Shown here: in pieces, positions 20,346 to 29,526 of the stretch
Position numbering within the stretch: the first letter of the stretch is position 1
Layout of the letters: each line of letters opens with the position of its first letter
Assembly: GCA_964603155.1 (NCBI GenBank)
Contig: CAZRTZ010000003.1
Location: 85-64,084 of the forward strand
From: an uncultured Geobacteraceae bacterium
GTDB lineage: Bacteria > Desulfobacterota > Desulfuromonadia > Desulfuromonadales > BM103
DNA: 64,000 bases
Direction of reading: 5' to 3'
Made by a program: the position numbers and the translations under genes
The notes under the pieces: model-generated
Databases searched by the model: none
Told to the model about the DNA's origin: nothing
The model's input: the letters and a program-made list of their open reading frames with translations, nothing else

Positions 20346-21230
20346 CTAGACCCGCTCGCTGTCGCCGCGGCTGAACAGCCCCTGCGGACGCAGGAACAGG
20401 ATCAGCAGCAGGATGATGAAGGTGACCGCATCCTTGTATCCGGAGGAGATCAACCCGGCGCCGAGAGCTTCCAGCACGCCGAGGATCAGACCGCCCAACA
20501 CCGTGCCGATGCCGTTGCTCATGCCGCCGATGATCGCCGCGCAGAAGCCCTTGAGGCCGAGCATAATGCCGACGTCGTAGGAAGTCATGGTCAGCGGCGC
20601 AATAATGATCCCGGCCAACGCTCCCATCCCCGAAGCCAGCAGGAACGAGAACATCACCATGCGCCGTACATCGATACCGACCAACCCTGCCGCCCGCTGG
20701 TTGACGGCACAGGCACGCAACGCCTTGCCGGTGATGGTGAACTGAAAGAACAGCTTGTTGACGGCGATCAGCAGCACGGTCAGGGCAAAGATCCACAGGT
20801 GCTGCGGCAGCAGGGTCGCCCCGGCCAGAGTGATGGGTTCGTCGCCGGAGAAGGTCGGCAGGGCATGGGTATCCTTCCCCCAGACCAGCATGGCGATGCC
20901 GCGCACCAGGATGCTGCCGCCGATGGTGATGATCACCAACCCCAGCGGCGTGGCCTTGCGCAGCGGACGAATGGCCAGACGCTCGAACACGACGCCCGAT
21001 ATAGCGGCGCACGCGACCGCCAAGAGCAGGGCTACTACTAGATTGAAGTTGTGGATCGTATGGAAATAGACGCCGAACATCCCGCCGAGCATGACAAACT
21101 CCCCCTGGGCGAAGTTAATGATCCCGGTGGAGTTGTAGATGATGGCGAAGCCAAGGCCGATCAGCGCATAAATAGCACCGGTGGCCAGTCCTGAAAGAAG
21201 GTACTGTGAAATCTGCTGGGAGAAATCCAT
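20346..21230 (-). CDS. ABC transporter permease (LivH-like)
   Basis: 294 aa. GLATGAIYALIGLGFAIIYNSTGIINFAQGEF. Confidence 0.85.
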   Translation of the reverse strand: MDFSQQISQYLLSGLATGAIYALIGLGFAIIYNSTGIINFAQGEFVMLGGMFGVYFHTIHNFNLVVALLLAVACAAISGVVFERLAIRPLRKATPLGLVIITIGGSILVRGIAMLVWGKDTHALPTFSGDEPITLAGATLLPQHLWIFALTVLLIAVNKLFFQFTITGKALRACAVNQRAAGLVGIDVRRMVMFSFLLASGMGALAGIIIAPLTMTSYDVGIMLGLKGFCAAIIGGMSNGIGTVLGGLILGVLEALGAGLISSGYKDAVTFIILLLILFLRPQGLFSRGDSERV

Positions 21231-21255
21231 ACGACCCGGGAGTGCGGTAAAGTTG

Positions 21256-21285
21256 CAGCGCAGGCGGAACAGACCGCCTGCGCTG
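21256..21285 (-). terminator. Intercistronic GC-rich stem-loop after the binding-protein genes
   Basis: CAGCGCAGGCGG-AACAGA-CCGCCTGCGCTG, a 12-bp stem with no clear U-run. Likely an mRNA stabiliser or partial terminator. Confidence 0.35.
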
Positions 21286-21328
21286 ACGGAACAAATATCA
21301 ATATCGTAAACGGTGCTTCAAGAAAAGA

Positions 21329-22471
21329 TCAATCGACCAGCACCCAGTCCTTGTTCTTGATCTCGACCAGCACGAAGGCATCCTTGGTCAGACCGCAATG
21401 GTCCGTACCGGAAAAACTGAACACTCCGCCGATCCCGGCAAAGCCTGAGATCTTCTCCAACTGTTCACGAATCGTCGCCGGCGTGTCGGCCCCTTGCTCG
21501 AAGGCCTTTTTCAGCAGCATGACCGCATCCCAGGCATGCCCGCCGAAGTGGTCGCCTTCGACCCCGTAGCGCTGCTTGTAATTCATGACATAGGTCATCA
21601 GCGCCTTCTTCTGGGGATCCTTCTCCGGAAGCTGATCGGCCACGATCACCCGGCCGGTCGGCAGGATGATCCCCTCGGCGGCCTCACCGGCCAGTTCGAT
21701 GAACTTCTTGGAGGAGACGCCGTGGCTCATGAACAGCGGCAGCTTGATGCCGAGCTGGCGGGCGTTCTTGGCCACCAGCGCCGGGCCCGGATTGGTTCCC
21801 CAGCAAATGATCGCCTGGGCTTCGCTGCCGCGGATTTTGGTCAGCTGGGCGGTCATGTCGGTATCCTTCGGCCCGAAGGTGTCATCGACCACCAGGGTAA
21901 TGCCGAACTTGACCGCCTGGGCTTTGAGCTGCTCGCGACCCGAGGCACCGAAACCATCGGAGACGCTCAGGATAGCGACTTTGTCGATCTTGCGCTTTTT
22001 CAGATGCTCGTAGATCCGCTCCACCGCCAGAGTGTCGTTCTGTGCGGTCTTGAAGGTGCAGGGGTTGACCGGATCGGCGATCTTAGTGCCGGCGGCGCAG
22101 GAGATCAGCGGAATCTGCTCCTTTTCGGTGACCGGCTTCACCGCCATCGTCTCGCCGGTGGTGCTCGGGCCGATGATGGCCACGACCTTGTCGTCCTTGA
22201 TCAGCTTGGTGGCCAGCTGCACCGCCTTGGTCGGATCGCCGGTGGTATCGTAGACCACCAGTTCGATGGGCCGCCCCTTGATGCCGCCGGCCTTGTTGAT
22301 ATCGTCGACCACCATCTGCGCGGTATTGCGCTCCGGCTCGCCGAGGAACGATGGCGGCCCGGTCACGGAGAAGAGCGCGCCGACCTTGAGCGGTTCGGCG
22401 GCGAAGACCATGCCTGCCGACAGCGACAGGGCCAGCAGCAAACCCATCTGGCGAACAAATCGAATCTTCAT
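21329..22471 (-). CDS. Type-I periplasmic binding protein (LivK-fold), paralog B
   Basis: 380 aa. Signal peptide ...GMVFA/AEPLKVGALFSVTGPPSFLG; GGAGG RBS. Confidence 0.85.
   Translation of the reverse strand: MKIRFVRQMGLLLALSLSAGMVFAAEPLKVGALFSVTGPPSFLGEPERNTAQMVVDDINKAGGIKGRPIELVVYDTTGDPTKAVQLATKLIKDDKVVAIIGPSTTGETMAVKPVTEKEQIPLISCAAGTKIADPVNPCTFKTAQNDTLAVERIYEHLKKRKIDKVAILSVSDGFGASGREQLKAQAVKFGITLVVDDTFGPKDTDMTAQLTKIRGSEAQAIICWGTNPGPALVAKNARQLGIKLPLFMSHGVSSKKFIELAGEAAEGIILPTGRVIVADQLPEKDPQKKALMTYVMNYKQRYGVEGDHFGGHAWDAVMLLKKAFEQGADTPATIREQLEKISGFAGIGGVFSFSGTDHCGLTKDAFVLVEIKNKDWVLVD
22127..22240. repeat. 114-nt tract nearly identical to 23296-23409 (inside the tandem binding-protein paralogs)
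   Basis: By eye only 2 mismatches across ggtgaccggcttcaccgccatcgtctcgccggtggtgctcgg...ggtcggatcgcc, while flanking paralogous DNA differs frequently. Confidence 0.75.
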
Positions 22472-22494
22472 GAAAGCCTCCTGACCTTGAGGAA

Positions 22495-23631
22495 TTATTG
22501 GATGATGGCCCAGTCGCCGGCGGTGATACGGACCATTTCGAAGGCCGAAAGGTCCAGACCGTTATGGTCGCCGGCCGACATGGTGAAGACCCCGGAGACT
22601 CCGACCAGCTTGCTGGTCTGCTCGATGCCGGCGCGAATCTGCTCGGCGGACGTACCGTTCTTCTGCACCGCGCCGACGATCAGCTGGAACGCGTCATAGG
22701 CATAGCCGCCGAAGGTCGAGGCTTCCACCCCGTAGGCTTTCTTATAGGCCGCATCGTAGTCCTTGAGCAGTTTGGCCTGCGGGTCGCTCTCCTTGATCTT
22801 GTCGAACACCGCCAGTTTGCCGGCCGGGAGCATCACCCCTTCGGCGGCCTCGGCCGTAGCCAGTTCGATGTACTTCTTCGAGGCCACGCCGTGGCTCATG
22901 TACAGGGGGGTCTTGATGCCGAGCTGTTTGACGTTGCGGGTCACCACCGCCGGACCGGGGTTGGTCCCCCAGCAGATGATGGCGTCGGGGTTGGCCGCGC
23001 GGATCTTGGTCAACTGGGCGGTCATGTCGGTGTCTTTCGGGCCGAAGGTTTCATCGGCCACCAGTTCCAGCCCTTTTTTGGCGAGTAGCCCTTTCAGCTG
23101 CTCGCGACCCGAAGCGCCGAAACCATCGGAGACCGTCAGAAGAGCGAACTTCTTCTGCCCTTTGCCAACCGCATAGTTGAGGATCTTTTCGCCGGCGATG
23201 TGATCGTTGGCGGGAGTCTTGAAGGTCCAGGCATTGACCGGATCGGTGATTTTGATTCCGGCGGCGCAGGAAATCAACGGGATCTGTTCCTTCTCGGTGA
23301 CCGGCTTCACCGCCATCGTCTCGCCGGTGGTGCTCGGCCCGATGATGGCCACGACCTTGTCGTCCTTGATCAGCTTGGTGGCCAATTGCACCGCCTTGGT
23401 CGGATCGCCCGTGGTGTCGTAAATCACCGCTTCGACCGGCTGACCCTTGACGCCGCCCTTGGCATTGATCTCCTTGACCAGCATCTCCAGGGTATTCTTT
23501 TCGGGCTCGCCGAGAAACGCCGCCGGACCGGTGACCGAGAAAAGCGCGCCGATACGCAATGGTTCGGCCAGTGCCATCCCGGCATTCAACACCAGACAGA
23601 ATGCCATCCACATCACAGCCAGTTTCCGCAT
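22495..23631 (-). CDS. Type-I periplasmic binding protein (LivK-fold), paralog A
   Basis: Start at the ATG 7 nt after GGAGG (MRKLAVMWMAFCLVLNAGMALA/EPLRIGALFSVTGPAAFLG). Confidence 0.85.
   Translation of the reverse strand: MRKLAVMWMAFCLVLNAGMALAEPLRIGALFSVTGPAAFLGEPEKNTLEMLVKEINAKGGVKGQPVEAVIYDTTGDPTKAVQLATKLIKDDKVVAIIGPSTTGETMAVKPVTEKEQIPLISCAAGIKITDPVNAWTFKTPANDHIAGEKILNYAVGKGQKKFALLTVSDGFGASGREQLKGLLAKKGLELVADETFGPKDTDMTAQLTKIRAANPDAIICWGTNPGPAVVTRNVKQLGIKTPLYMSHGVASKKYIELATAEAAEGVMLPAGKLAVFDKIKESDPQAKLLKDYDAAYKKAYGVEASTFGGYAYDAFQLIVGAVQKNGTSAEQIRAGIEQTSKLVGVSGVFTMSAGDHNGLDLSAFEMVRITAGDWAIIQ
23296..23409. repeat. Partner copy of the 22127-22240 near-identical tract
   Basis: Same offset (1169 nt) at both ends. 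Encodes the shared block DPTKAVQLATKLIKDDKVVAIIGPSTTGETMAVKPVT. Confidence 0.75.
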
Positions 23632-23676
23632 GATCATTCCTCCAATGTTTAAGCAGCTGTTGAAATCACGGACCGC

Positions 23677-24108
23677 CTACATTCCGTATAGACGTTCCCC
23701 TTCCAGGATTTTCAGCCTGTTATCGGTCAACACCCTGATGGCAGAAACCGGATCATCGAAGCGGAAGATGATCACCGCATTGCCGCCGCAGCGCTCGACG
23801 AAGGCATACATGTATTCCACATTAATACCAGATTTGTCCAGCACTTCGAGAATCCCCGCCAGCCCCCCCGGCTGGTCGGGAACCTCCACCGCCACCACTT
23901 CGGTTTTGCTGACGGTGAATCCCTGTTCCTTGAGCGTCGCCCTGGCCAGGTCGGTCTGGTCGACAATCAGGCGCAGGATGCCGAAATCGGAGGTGTCGGC
24001 CAGCGACAGGGCACGGATGTTGATACCCTTGCTGCCAAGGACACGGGTCACCTCGGCGAGCCGCCCGGACTTGTTCTCGATGAAGATGGAAATCTGTTCG
24101 ACCTGCAT
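23677..24108 (-). CDS. Stand-alone tandem ACT-domain protein
   Basis: 143 aa. [39 protein letters not shown], with a second ACT repeat [33 protein letters not shown]. Confidence 0.8.
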   Translation of the reverse strand: MQVEQISIFIENKSGRLAEVTRVLGSKGINIRALSLADTSDFGILRLIVDQTDLARATLKEQGFTVSKTEVVAVEVPDQPGGLAGILEVLDKSGINVEYMYAFVERCGGNAVIIFRFDDPVSAIRVLTDNRLKILEGERLYGM

Positions 24109-24138
24109 GTTCTCCTCCCTGTTTGATCGACTCTTGGC

Positions 24139-25443
24139 TTACTTGCGGTTGTCGATGACCCGCTTGGCCTTCCCTTCACTGCGGGCGATGGTCTTGGGCT
24201 CCACCAGGCGTACCTTGCTGGTGACGCCGAGAAAATCCTTGATCTCCTTCTCGATGCGCTGGGCCAGGGCCTGAAGTACCTTGACCTCGTCGGAGAAGAT
24301 CTGCTCATCGACCTCGACCTGGACTTCCAGAGTGTCGAGATTGTCGTGGCGGTCGACGACCAGCAGGTAGTGCGGCTCGACCCCTTCGATGCGCATCAGG
24401 ATCGACTCGATCTGCGACGGGAAGACGTTGACCCCGCGGATGATGAGCATGTCGTCACTGCGCCCGCTCATGCGGGTCAGACGGGCATGGGTCCGTCCGC
24501 AGATGCACGGTTCGCGGGTCAGGCTGGTGATGTCGCGGGTGCGGTAGCGGAGCAGCGGAATCCCTTCCTTGGTGATGGTGGTGATCACCAGCTCGCCGGT
24601 GGCGTCGTCGGGGAGAACTTCGCCGGTATCGGGATTGATGATCTCCGCCAGGAAATGGTCCTCCCAAATATGCAAACCGTTTTTGGCCTCGATGCACTCG
24701 ATCGCCACCCCCGGCCCCATGATCTCGGAGAGGCCGTAGATGTCGAGGGCGTGCAGGTTGAGTTTGCCCTCGATGTCCTTGCGCATGTCCTCCGACCACG
24801 GCTCGGCGCCGAAGATGCCCACCCGCAGCTTGAGATCGCGGAAATCGATGCCGGCCTCGCGCGCCTCCTCGGCCATGTACAGCGAGTAGGAGGGCGTGCA
24901 GGTGAGGACTGTCGAGCCGAAGTCCTGCATGATCATCAGCTGGCGGGCGGTGTTGCCGCCGGAGATCGGGATCACCGAGGCGCCGAGCCGCTCCGCGCCG
25001 TAATGGGCGCCCAGCCCGCCGGTAAAGAGGCCGTAGCCGTAGGCGTTGTGGATGATGTCCCCCTGGTGCACCCCGGTGGTCACGAAAGTCCGGGCCATCA
25101 GCTCCGCCCAGGTGTCGATATCCTTTTTGGTGTAGCCGACCACGGTCGGCTTGCCGGTGGTACCTGAGGAGGCGTGGATGCGCACGATCTCGTCCATCGG
25201 TGCGGCGAAGAGGTTGTACGGATAGGCGTCGCGCATGTCCTGCTTGACCGTGAACGGCAGGCGCCGTAGGTCGTCGAGGCTCCTGATCTGCTCGGGCTGG
25301 ATGCCGGCTTTACCGAGCGTCTCACGGTAGAAAGGGACCTTCTCGTAAACGCGTGCCACCGTCTGCTGCAGGCGCTTGAGCTGCAGCGCCTCCAGCGCCG
25401 CACGCGGCATGGTCTCGAATTCTTCGTGGAAGTAGGCGGTCAT
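24139..25443 (-). CDS. Phenylacetate-CoA ligase family protein (PaaK-like), copy 1
   Basis: Start at [26 protein letters not shown], 434 aa. [12 protein letters not shown]. Roughly half the residues are identical to copy 2 by eye. Confidence 0.88.
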   Translation of the reverse strand: MTAYFHEEFETMPRAALEALQLKRLQQTVARVYEKVPFYRETLGKAGIQPEQIRSLDDLRRLPFTVKQDMRDAYPYNLFAAPMDEIVRIHASSGTTGKPTVVGYTKKDIDTWAELMARTFVTTGVHQGDIIHNAYGYGLFTGGLGAHYGAERLGASVIPISGGNTARQLMIMQDFGSTVLTCTPSYSLYMAEEAREAGIDFRDLKLRVGIFGAEPWSEDMRKDIEGKLNLHALDIYGLSEIMGPGVAIECIEAKNGLHIWEDHFLAEIINPDTGEVLPDDATGELVITTITKEGIPLLRYRTRDITSLTREPCICGRTHARLTRMSGRSDDMLIIRGVNVFPSQIESILMRIEGVEPHYLLVVDRHDNLDTLEVQVEVDEQIFSDEVKVLQALAQRIEKEIKDFLGVTSKVRLVEPKTIARSEGKAKRVIDNRK

Positions 25444-25453
25444 GGCTCCCTCC

Positions 25454-26032
25454 TTACAGGGCGCGTCCCATGGCAAAAGCAGTCTTGTTCACCTCCAGCG
25501 CCTTTTTCGGCACCATGTTGGCCAACGCCTCCTGCCAGACCGCCTCCGCAATATTCAGGCGCTTCGATACAGCCCCGAGCAGCACGGTGTTGGCCGCGCG
25601 CACATCGCCGGCCTGCTGAGCCATATGCAATCCGTCAACCAGCAGAAAATCGGGGAAGCGGCTGCGGATGCGCGCGGGGATGTCGTCGGGATAGGCCGCC
25701 TGGCCCAGAAGTACCGATGGCGGGGCGATGCGGTAGTCGTTGACCACCACCTCGGCGCCGGGACGCAGCAGAGGGAGAGAGCGATAAGCCTCCAGCAACT
25801 CGAAGCCGAAGAGGATGTCCCCCTCCCCTTCCGGCACGGTCGGCGAGCAGACCTCGCGACCGAAACGCACATGCGAAACCACACTGCCGCCGCGCTGCGA
25901 CATGCCGTGGATTTCGCTCTTTTTCACATCGAAGCCGGCCAGCATGAATGTTTCGGCCAGGATCTCCGAGGCTAGCAAAATCCCCTGCCCGCCGACTCCG
26001 ACCAGAAGAATATTGGTAATCTGTTCACTCAT
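25454..26032 (-). CDS. iorB: Indolepyruvate:ferredoxin oxidoreductase subunit beta
   Basis: 192 aa. [18 protein letters not shown]...[13 protein letters not shown]. Confidence 0.88.
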   Translation of the reverse strand: MSEQITNILLVGVGGQGILLASEILAETFMLAGFDVKKSEIHGMSQRGGSVVSHVRFGREVCSPTVPEGEGDILFGFELLEAYRSLPLLRPGAEVVVNDYRIAPPSVLLGQAAYPDDIPARIRSRFPDFLLVDGLHMAQQAGDVRAANTVLLGAVSKRLNIAEAVWQEALANMVPKKALEVNKTAFAMGRAL

Positions 26033-26036
26033 GGTT

Positions 26037-27818
26037 TTAACCCTGTCTGTGGATAATCGCGTCGAACTTGCACAGTTGCTGGCACACCGTGCAGCCGTTG
26101 CACAGCAGCGAATCGATCCTGGCTTTGCCTTTCTTGCCGTCGGGCGCCGGCAGCCACTCGATGGCCGGGCAACCGAGGCGCAGGCAGGCCTTGCAGCCGG
26201 TACACTTGTCCGGGTCGATACACAGCGGCGGTCCGGGGCTGAAGCGGGTGGCGTCCTTGATCAGGCAGCACGGCCGGTTGGTGATGATGACCGACGGCTC
26301 GGGACGGGCCATCTCCTCCTCCAGAACCTTGCGGGTCGCGGTCAGATCGTTGGGATCGACCACCCGCACATGCTCGATGCCGAGAACCCGGCACAGGTCG
26401 GCCAGATTGACCTCGGGGGCAGGACTCCCTTTGAGCGTGTAACCGGAGGTCGGGTTTTCCTGCCGCCCGGTCATGGCGGTGATGCGGTTGTCCAGAATGA
26501 CGATGGTCGCCGGAACCTTGTTGTAGGCCATCTCCATCAGCGAGTTGACCCCGGTGTGCAGGAAGGTTGAGTCACCGATCACCCCGACCACGCGGCGCTG
26601 CTCTTCAGGGGCGAGGGCTCTGACGATGCCGGAGGCGTTGCTGATCGACGCCCCCATGCACACGCAGGTGTCCATGGCGTTGAGCGGCGGCATGAAGCCC
26701 AGGGTGTAGCAGCCGATGTCGCCGGTCACGTAGGCATTGAGGCGGTTGAGGGTATAGAACAAGCCGCGGTGCGGGCAGCCCGGGCACATGTTGGGCGGGC
26801 GCGGCGGCAGCGGCTCGGCGACAGTCTCCGCGGCCGCCGGGGCCGCGGCCAGGCCGACCCTGGCGAAGGCGGCGCGAATCCGCCCCGGCGACAGTTCGCC
26901 GCACAGCGGTATGATCGCCTTGCCGGTCACGGCGATCCCCATCGCCTTCACCTGCTCCTCGATGAACGGGTCGAGTTCCTCGACCACGAACAACTGCTCG
27001 ACCTGCGAAGCAAACTCACGGATCAGACTGTGCGGCAAAGGGTACACCATCCCCAGCTTGAGCACCGACGCATCCGGCAGGGCCTCGCGCACGTACTGAT
27101 AGACGACCCCGGCGCAGATGATGCCGACCTTGGCGGAGCGCATCTCCTTGCGGTTGATGGCAGCGGAGTCGCCATAGACAGACATGTCGACGATGCGCTG
27201 CTCCACCAGCGGGTGGCGCACCCGGGCATTGCCGGGAAGCATGACCAGCTTCGGCGCATCCTTGACCAGCTTCGGCGCCGGCAGGTCGCTGCGGCGCTCG
27301 CCAAGTGCCACGATCGACTTGCCGTGGGAGATGCGCGTACAGCTGCGCACCATCACCGGCGTGTCGAACTGTTCCGACAGGTCGAAACCGAGCTTGGTGA
27401 ACTCCTTGCACTCCTGCGAGTCGGCCGGCTCGAGCATCGGCACCTTGGCGAACTTGGCATAATTGCGGCTGTCCTGCTCGTTCTGCGACGAGTGCATCTC
27501 CGGATCGTCGGCCACCACCAGCACCAGACCGCCGCGCACCCCGGTATAAGAGAGGGTGAAGAGCGGGTCGGCGGCAACGTTGACGCCAACGTGTTTCATG
27601 CAGGCCAGTGCCCGCCCGCCACCGAAAGACGCGCCGATGGCCACTTCCAGGGCAACCTTCTCATTGGGAGCCCAGGAGGCGTCGATTTCGGGGTAGCGGA
27701 CGACGTTTTCGAGGATTTCCGTGGAGGGTGTGCCGGGATAGGCGCTCGCCACCAGCACCCCGGCTTCGAAGGCACCGCGAGCGAACGCCTCGTTGCCTGA
27801 CAATACCGCCTTGCTCAT
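26037..27818 (-). CDS. iorA: Indolepyruvate:ferredoxin oxidoreductase subunit alpha
   Basis: 593 aa. MSKAVLSGNEAFARGAFEAGV, TPP motifs GDIGCYTLG and GDSTFLHTG, C-terminal 2x[4Fe-4S] motifs CTGCKAC and CNGCTVC. Confidence 0.9.
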   Translation of the reverse strand: MSKAVLSGNEAFARGAFEAGVLVASAYPGTPSTEILENVVRYPEIDASWAPNEKVALEVAIGASFGGGRALACMKHVGVNVAADPLFTLSYTGVRGGLVLVVADDPEMHSSQNEQDSRNYAKFAKVPMLEPADSQECKEFTKLGFDLSEQFDTPVMVRSCTRISHGKSIVALGERRSDLPAPKLVKDAPKLVMLPGNARVRHPLVEQRIVDMSVYGDSAAINRKEMRSAKVGIICAGVVYQYVREALPDASVLKLGMVYPLPHSLIREFASQVEQLFVVEELDPFIEEQVKAMGIAVTGKAIIPLCGELSPGRIRAAFARVGLAAAPAAAETVAEPLPPRPPNMCPGCPHRGLFYTLNRLNAYVTGDIGCYTLGFMPPLNAMDTCVCMGASISNASGIVRALAPEEQRRVVGVIGDSTFLHTGVNSLMEMAYNKVPATIVILDNRITAMTGRQENPTSGYTLKGSPAPEVNLADLCRVLGIEHVRVVDPNDLTATRKVLEEEMARPEPSVIITNRPCCLIKDATRFSPGPPLCIDPDKCTGCKACLRLGCPAIEWLPAPDGKKGKARIDSLLCNGCTVCQQLCKFDAIIHRQG

Positions 27819-27887
27819 GCATCGACCTCATTTAATTCGTAAAATAGGGGAGTTATGGCGGGGTTCCCGCCGGCCTAAAGAAAGGGG

Positions 27888-27917
27888 ATATTAGTGCATC
27901 AGCCGCCTGATTGTCAA
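27888..27917 (-). promoter_or_regulatory. Sigma-70-type promoter of the ior operon
   Basis: Minus strand has TTGACA, an 18-nt spacer and TAATAT, with a leader of about 60 nt to the iorA ATG. Confidence 0.4.
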
Positions 27918-28006
27918 ACGCCGGTATAGAGTTTCCGGAACGGAGAAAAGCTCCGGATCGACAATGAAAAAAGGCAGCTGGCAGCCGACTTCCTGTCAAT
28001 CAAGGC

Positions 28007-28093
28007 TGGTGCGGGCAGCCGGACTCGAACCGGCACAGAGCAAGCTCTACGAGATTTTAAGTCTCGGGTGTCTACCAATTCCACCATGCCCGC
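28007..28093 (-). tRNA. tRNA-Leu (anticodon UAA), CCA encoded
   Basis: Hand-folded cloverleaf. Acceptor GCGGGCA/TGCCCGC, D stem GTG/CAC, anticodon stem CGAGA/TCTCG with loop CTTAAAA, long variable arm AGAG..CTCT, T arm GCCGG-TTCGAGT-CCGGC, 3' ACCA. Confidence 0.93.
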
Positions 28094-28159
28094 ATGCAGA
28101 CGAAATCATTCGGTTACGGTATTATTCGGATTGCACCCCGCACTGTCAATGGAGAGCTC

Positions 28160-28615
28160 ATGAAAAGCCAGTTGATCTGTCCCGCTTGCGGCAGCATCGT
28201 GGACCGCTATCGCAACCCCTTCCCGACCGTAGACATCATTATCCGCGATGAAGCCGGCCGGATCGTCCTGATCGAACGCCGCAACGAACCGCACGGCTGG
28301 GCTCTGCCGGGAGGGTTTGTCGACTACGGCGAGAGTCTCGAAACGGCGGCCGCGCGCGAGGCCCGCGAGGAAACCGGTCTGGAACTGGTTGACCTGCGCC
28401 AGTTCCACGCCTATTCCGACCCGGCGCGCGACCCGCGCCAGCACAACATCTCCGTGGTTTTCACCGCCTATTCACAAGGGGACCTGCAGGCCGGCGACGA
28501 TGCCGTCAACGCCCGCTGGTTCCCTCTCGACGCGCTCCCCTCGCCGTTGTGTTTTGATCATGGGGAGATATTGGAAGACTACCGGCAAATCGTTGAGTCG
28601 TTGAGTCAAACATGA
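28160..28615 (+). CDS. NUDIX hydrolase with N-terminal zinc-ribbon-like CxxC
   Basis: Start at [17 protein letters not shown] box [24 protein letters not shown]. The ORF-track start at 28094 would abut the tRNA. Confidence 0.85.
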   Translation: MKSQLICPACGSIVDRYRNPFPTVDIIIRDEAGRIVLIERRNEPHGWALPGGFVDYGESLETAAAREAREETGLELVDLRQFHAYSDPARDPRQHNISVVFTAYSQGDLQAGDDAVNARWFPLDALPSPLCFDHGEILEDYRQIVESLSQT

Positions 28616-28670
28616 CACGACTCGCTGCATAATCTAAAAATTTCCACTCAACGACTGAGCAACTCAACAG
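28591..28670. repeat. GTTGAGT(C) tandem units plus a distal inverted copy spanning the NUDIX stop
   Basis: cgttgagtcgttgagt (28591-28606) versus actcaacgactgagcaactcaac (28646-28668). An 11-bp perfect pairing is possible (28596-28606 with 28646-28656). Confidence 0.55.
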
Positions 28671-28692
28671 CTTAATGACGCTGCCGACTCTC

Positions 28693-29526
28693 TCACTCAG
28701 CAAAACACAACTCCGGCTCCTCGTCCAGCAAACCGTGCTTGCAGCACAGAGAGAAAAACAGCCGCAGGCCGGCGAGATGCTCCGCGGTCAAGGTGTAGGA
28801 CATGCTGTCCCGCCAGTAGCTGACCAATTCATCGACGGAGAGTGGGCTTACCGAAGCGACCGCCGCCGCCATCCCCGGCAGGTCGGCAAAGGCATATGCC
28901 AGGGCCTGCTCGAGTTGACCACGCAAAATCCGAACAGCTTCGGGCTGCTCGACAAACGCCTGACGACGCAGAATCCACAGGGCAAAGACGAACGGCAGGC
29001 CGGTGAAGCGATACCACAATTCCCCCAAGTCGTAGACCTGCATCCCCTTCTGAAGGCTGCCGGCGGTCCGCAAGGCCCGGTCGCCGATCAGCAGGGCGCT
29101 GCCGCCGTCAGCAACGACAGTTTCCACAGGAGCCGCGGGGACGCTGCCATCAAACGTCCTTGCCCCGCAGAACTCCTTCAGCAAAACCTGCAGCAGGTTG
29201 GACGAGGTCGCCGATTCGGCGGTCAGCGCGATCTTCTCCTTGGCCACCTCGGCAAGCGGCAGGCGGCTGAACAGGAGCACGCTGCGCACCGCCCCCAGGC
29301 TGCTGATCGACAGCCCCGGCAGCAGCAGATAGTTCCGCCAATCGCGGGCATACTCAAAAGACGAGGAGGGGCTCAGGTCCAGCGTCCCCGTCGCCAGGCC
29401 GGCATTCAATTCGGCGGGGACGCCATCGACCACGCATTGGGAAAAGCCGGTGCGGGACAGATGGTGGAAAAACGGGATGGTATTGACGTAACTGATGCGC
29501 CCGACCTTGAGAGCCAACCCCATCAT
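28693..29526 (-). CDS. mqnA: MqnA/MqnD-family protein (futalosine-pathway menaquinone biosynthesis; likely chorismate dehydratase MqnA)
   Basis: Start at MMGLALKVGRISYVNTIPFFHHL. Family-typical N-terminus and SSSFEYAR motif; 4-nt overlap with the upstream gene. Confidence 0.6.
   Translation of the reverse strand: MMGLALKVGRISYVNTIPFFHHLSRTGFSQCVVDGVPAELNAGLATGTLDLSPSSSFEYARDWRNYLLLPGLSISSLGAVRSVLLFSRLPLAEVAKEKIALTAESATSSNLLQVLLKEFCGARTFDGSVPAAPVETVVADGGSALLIGDRALRTAGSLQKGMQVYDLGELWYRFTGLPFVFALWILRRQAFVEQPEAVRILRGQLEQALAYAFADLPGMAAAVASVSPLSVDELVSYWRDSMSYTLTAEHLAGLRLFFSLCCKHGLLDEEPELCFAE

Noticed and set aside
28007-28093. tRNA-Leu as an integration site for a genomic island
   Set aside because: No integrase gene, no visible direct repeat of the tRNA 3' end nearby, and flanking genes (ior operon, NUDIX) have the native high GC.
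28094-28159. NUDIX ORF start at 28094, directly abutting the 5' end of tRNA-Leu
   Set aside because: The first 22 residues have no family similarity. [11 protein letters not shown] at 28160 gives the usual zinc-ribbon-like N-terminus.
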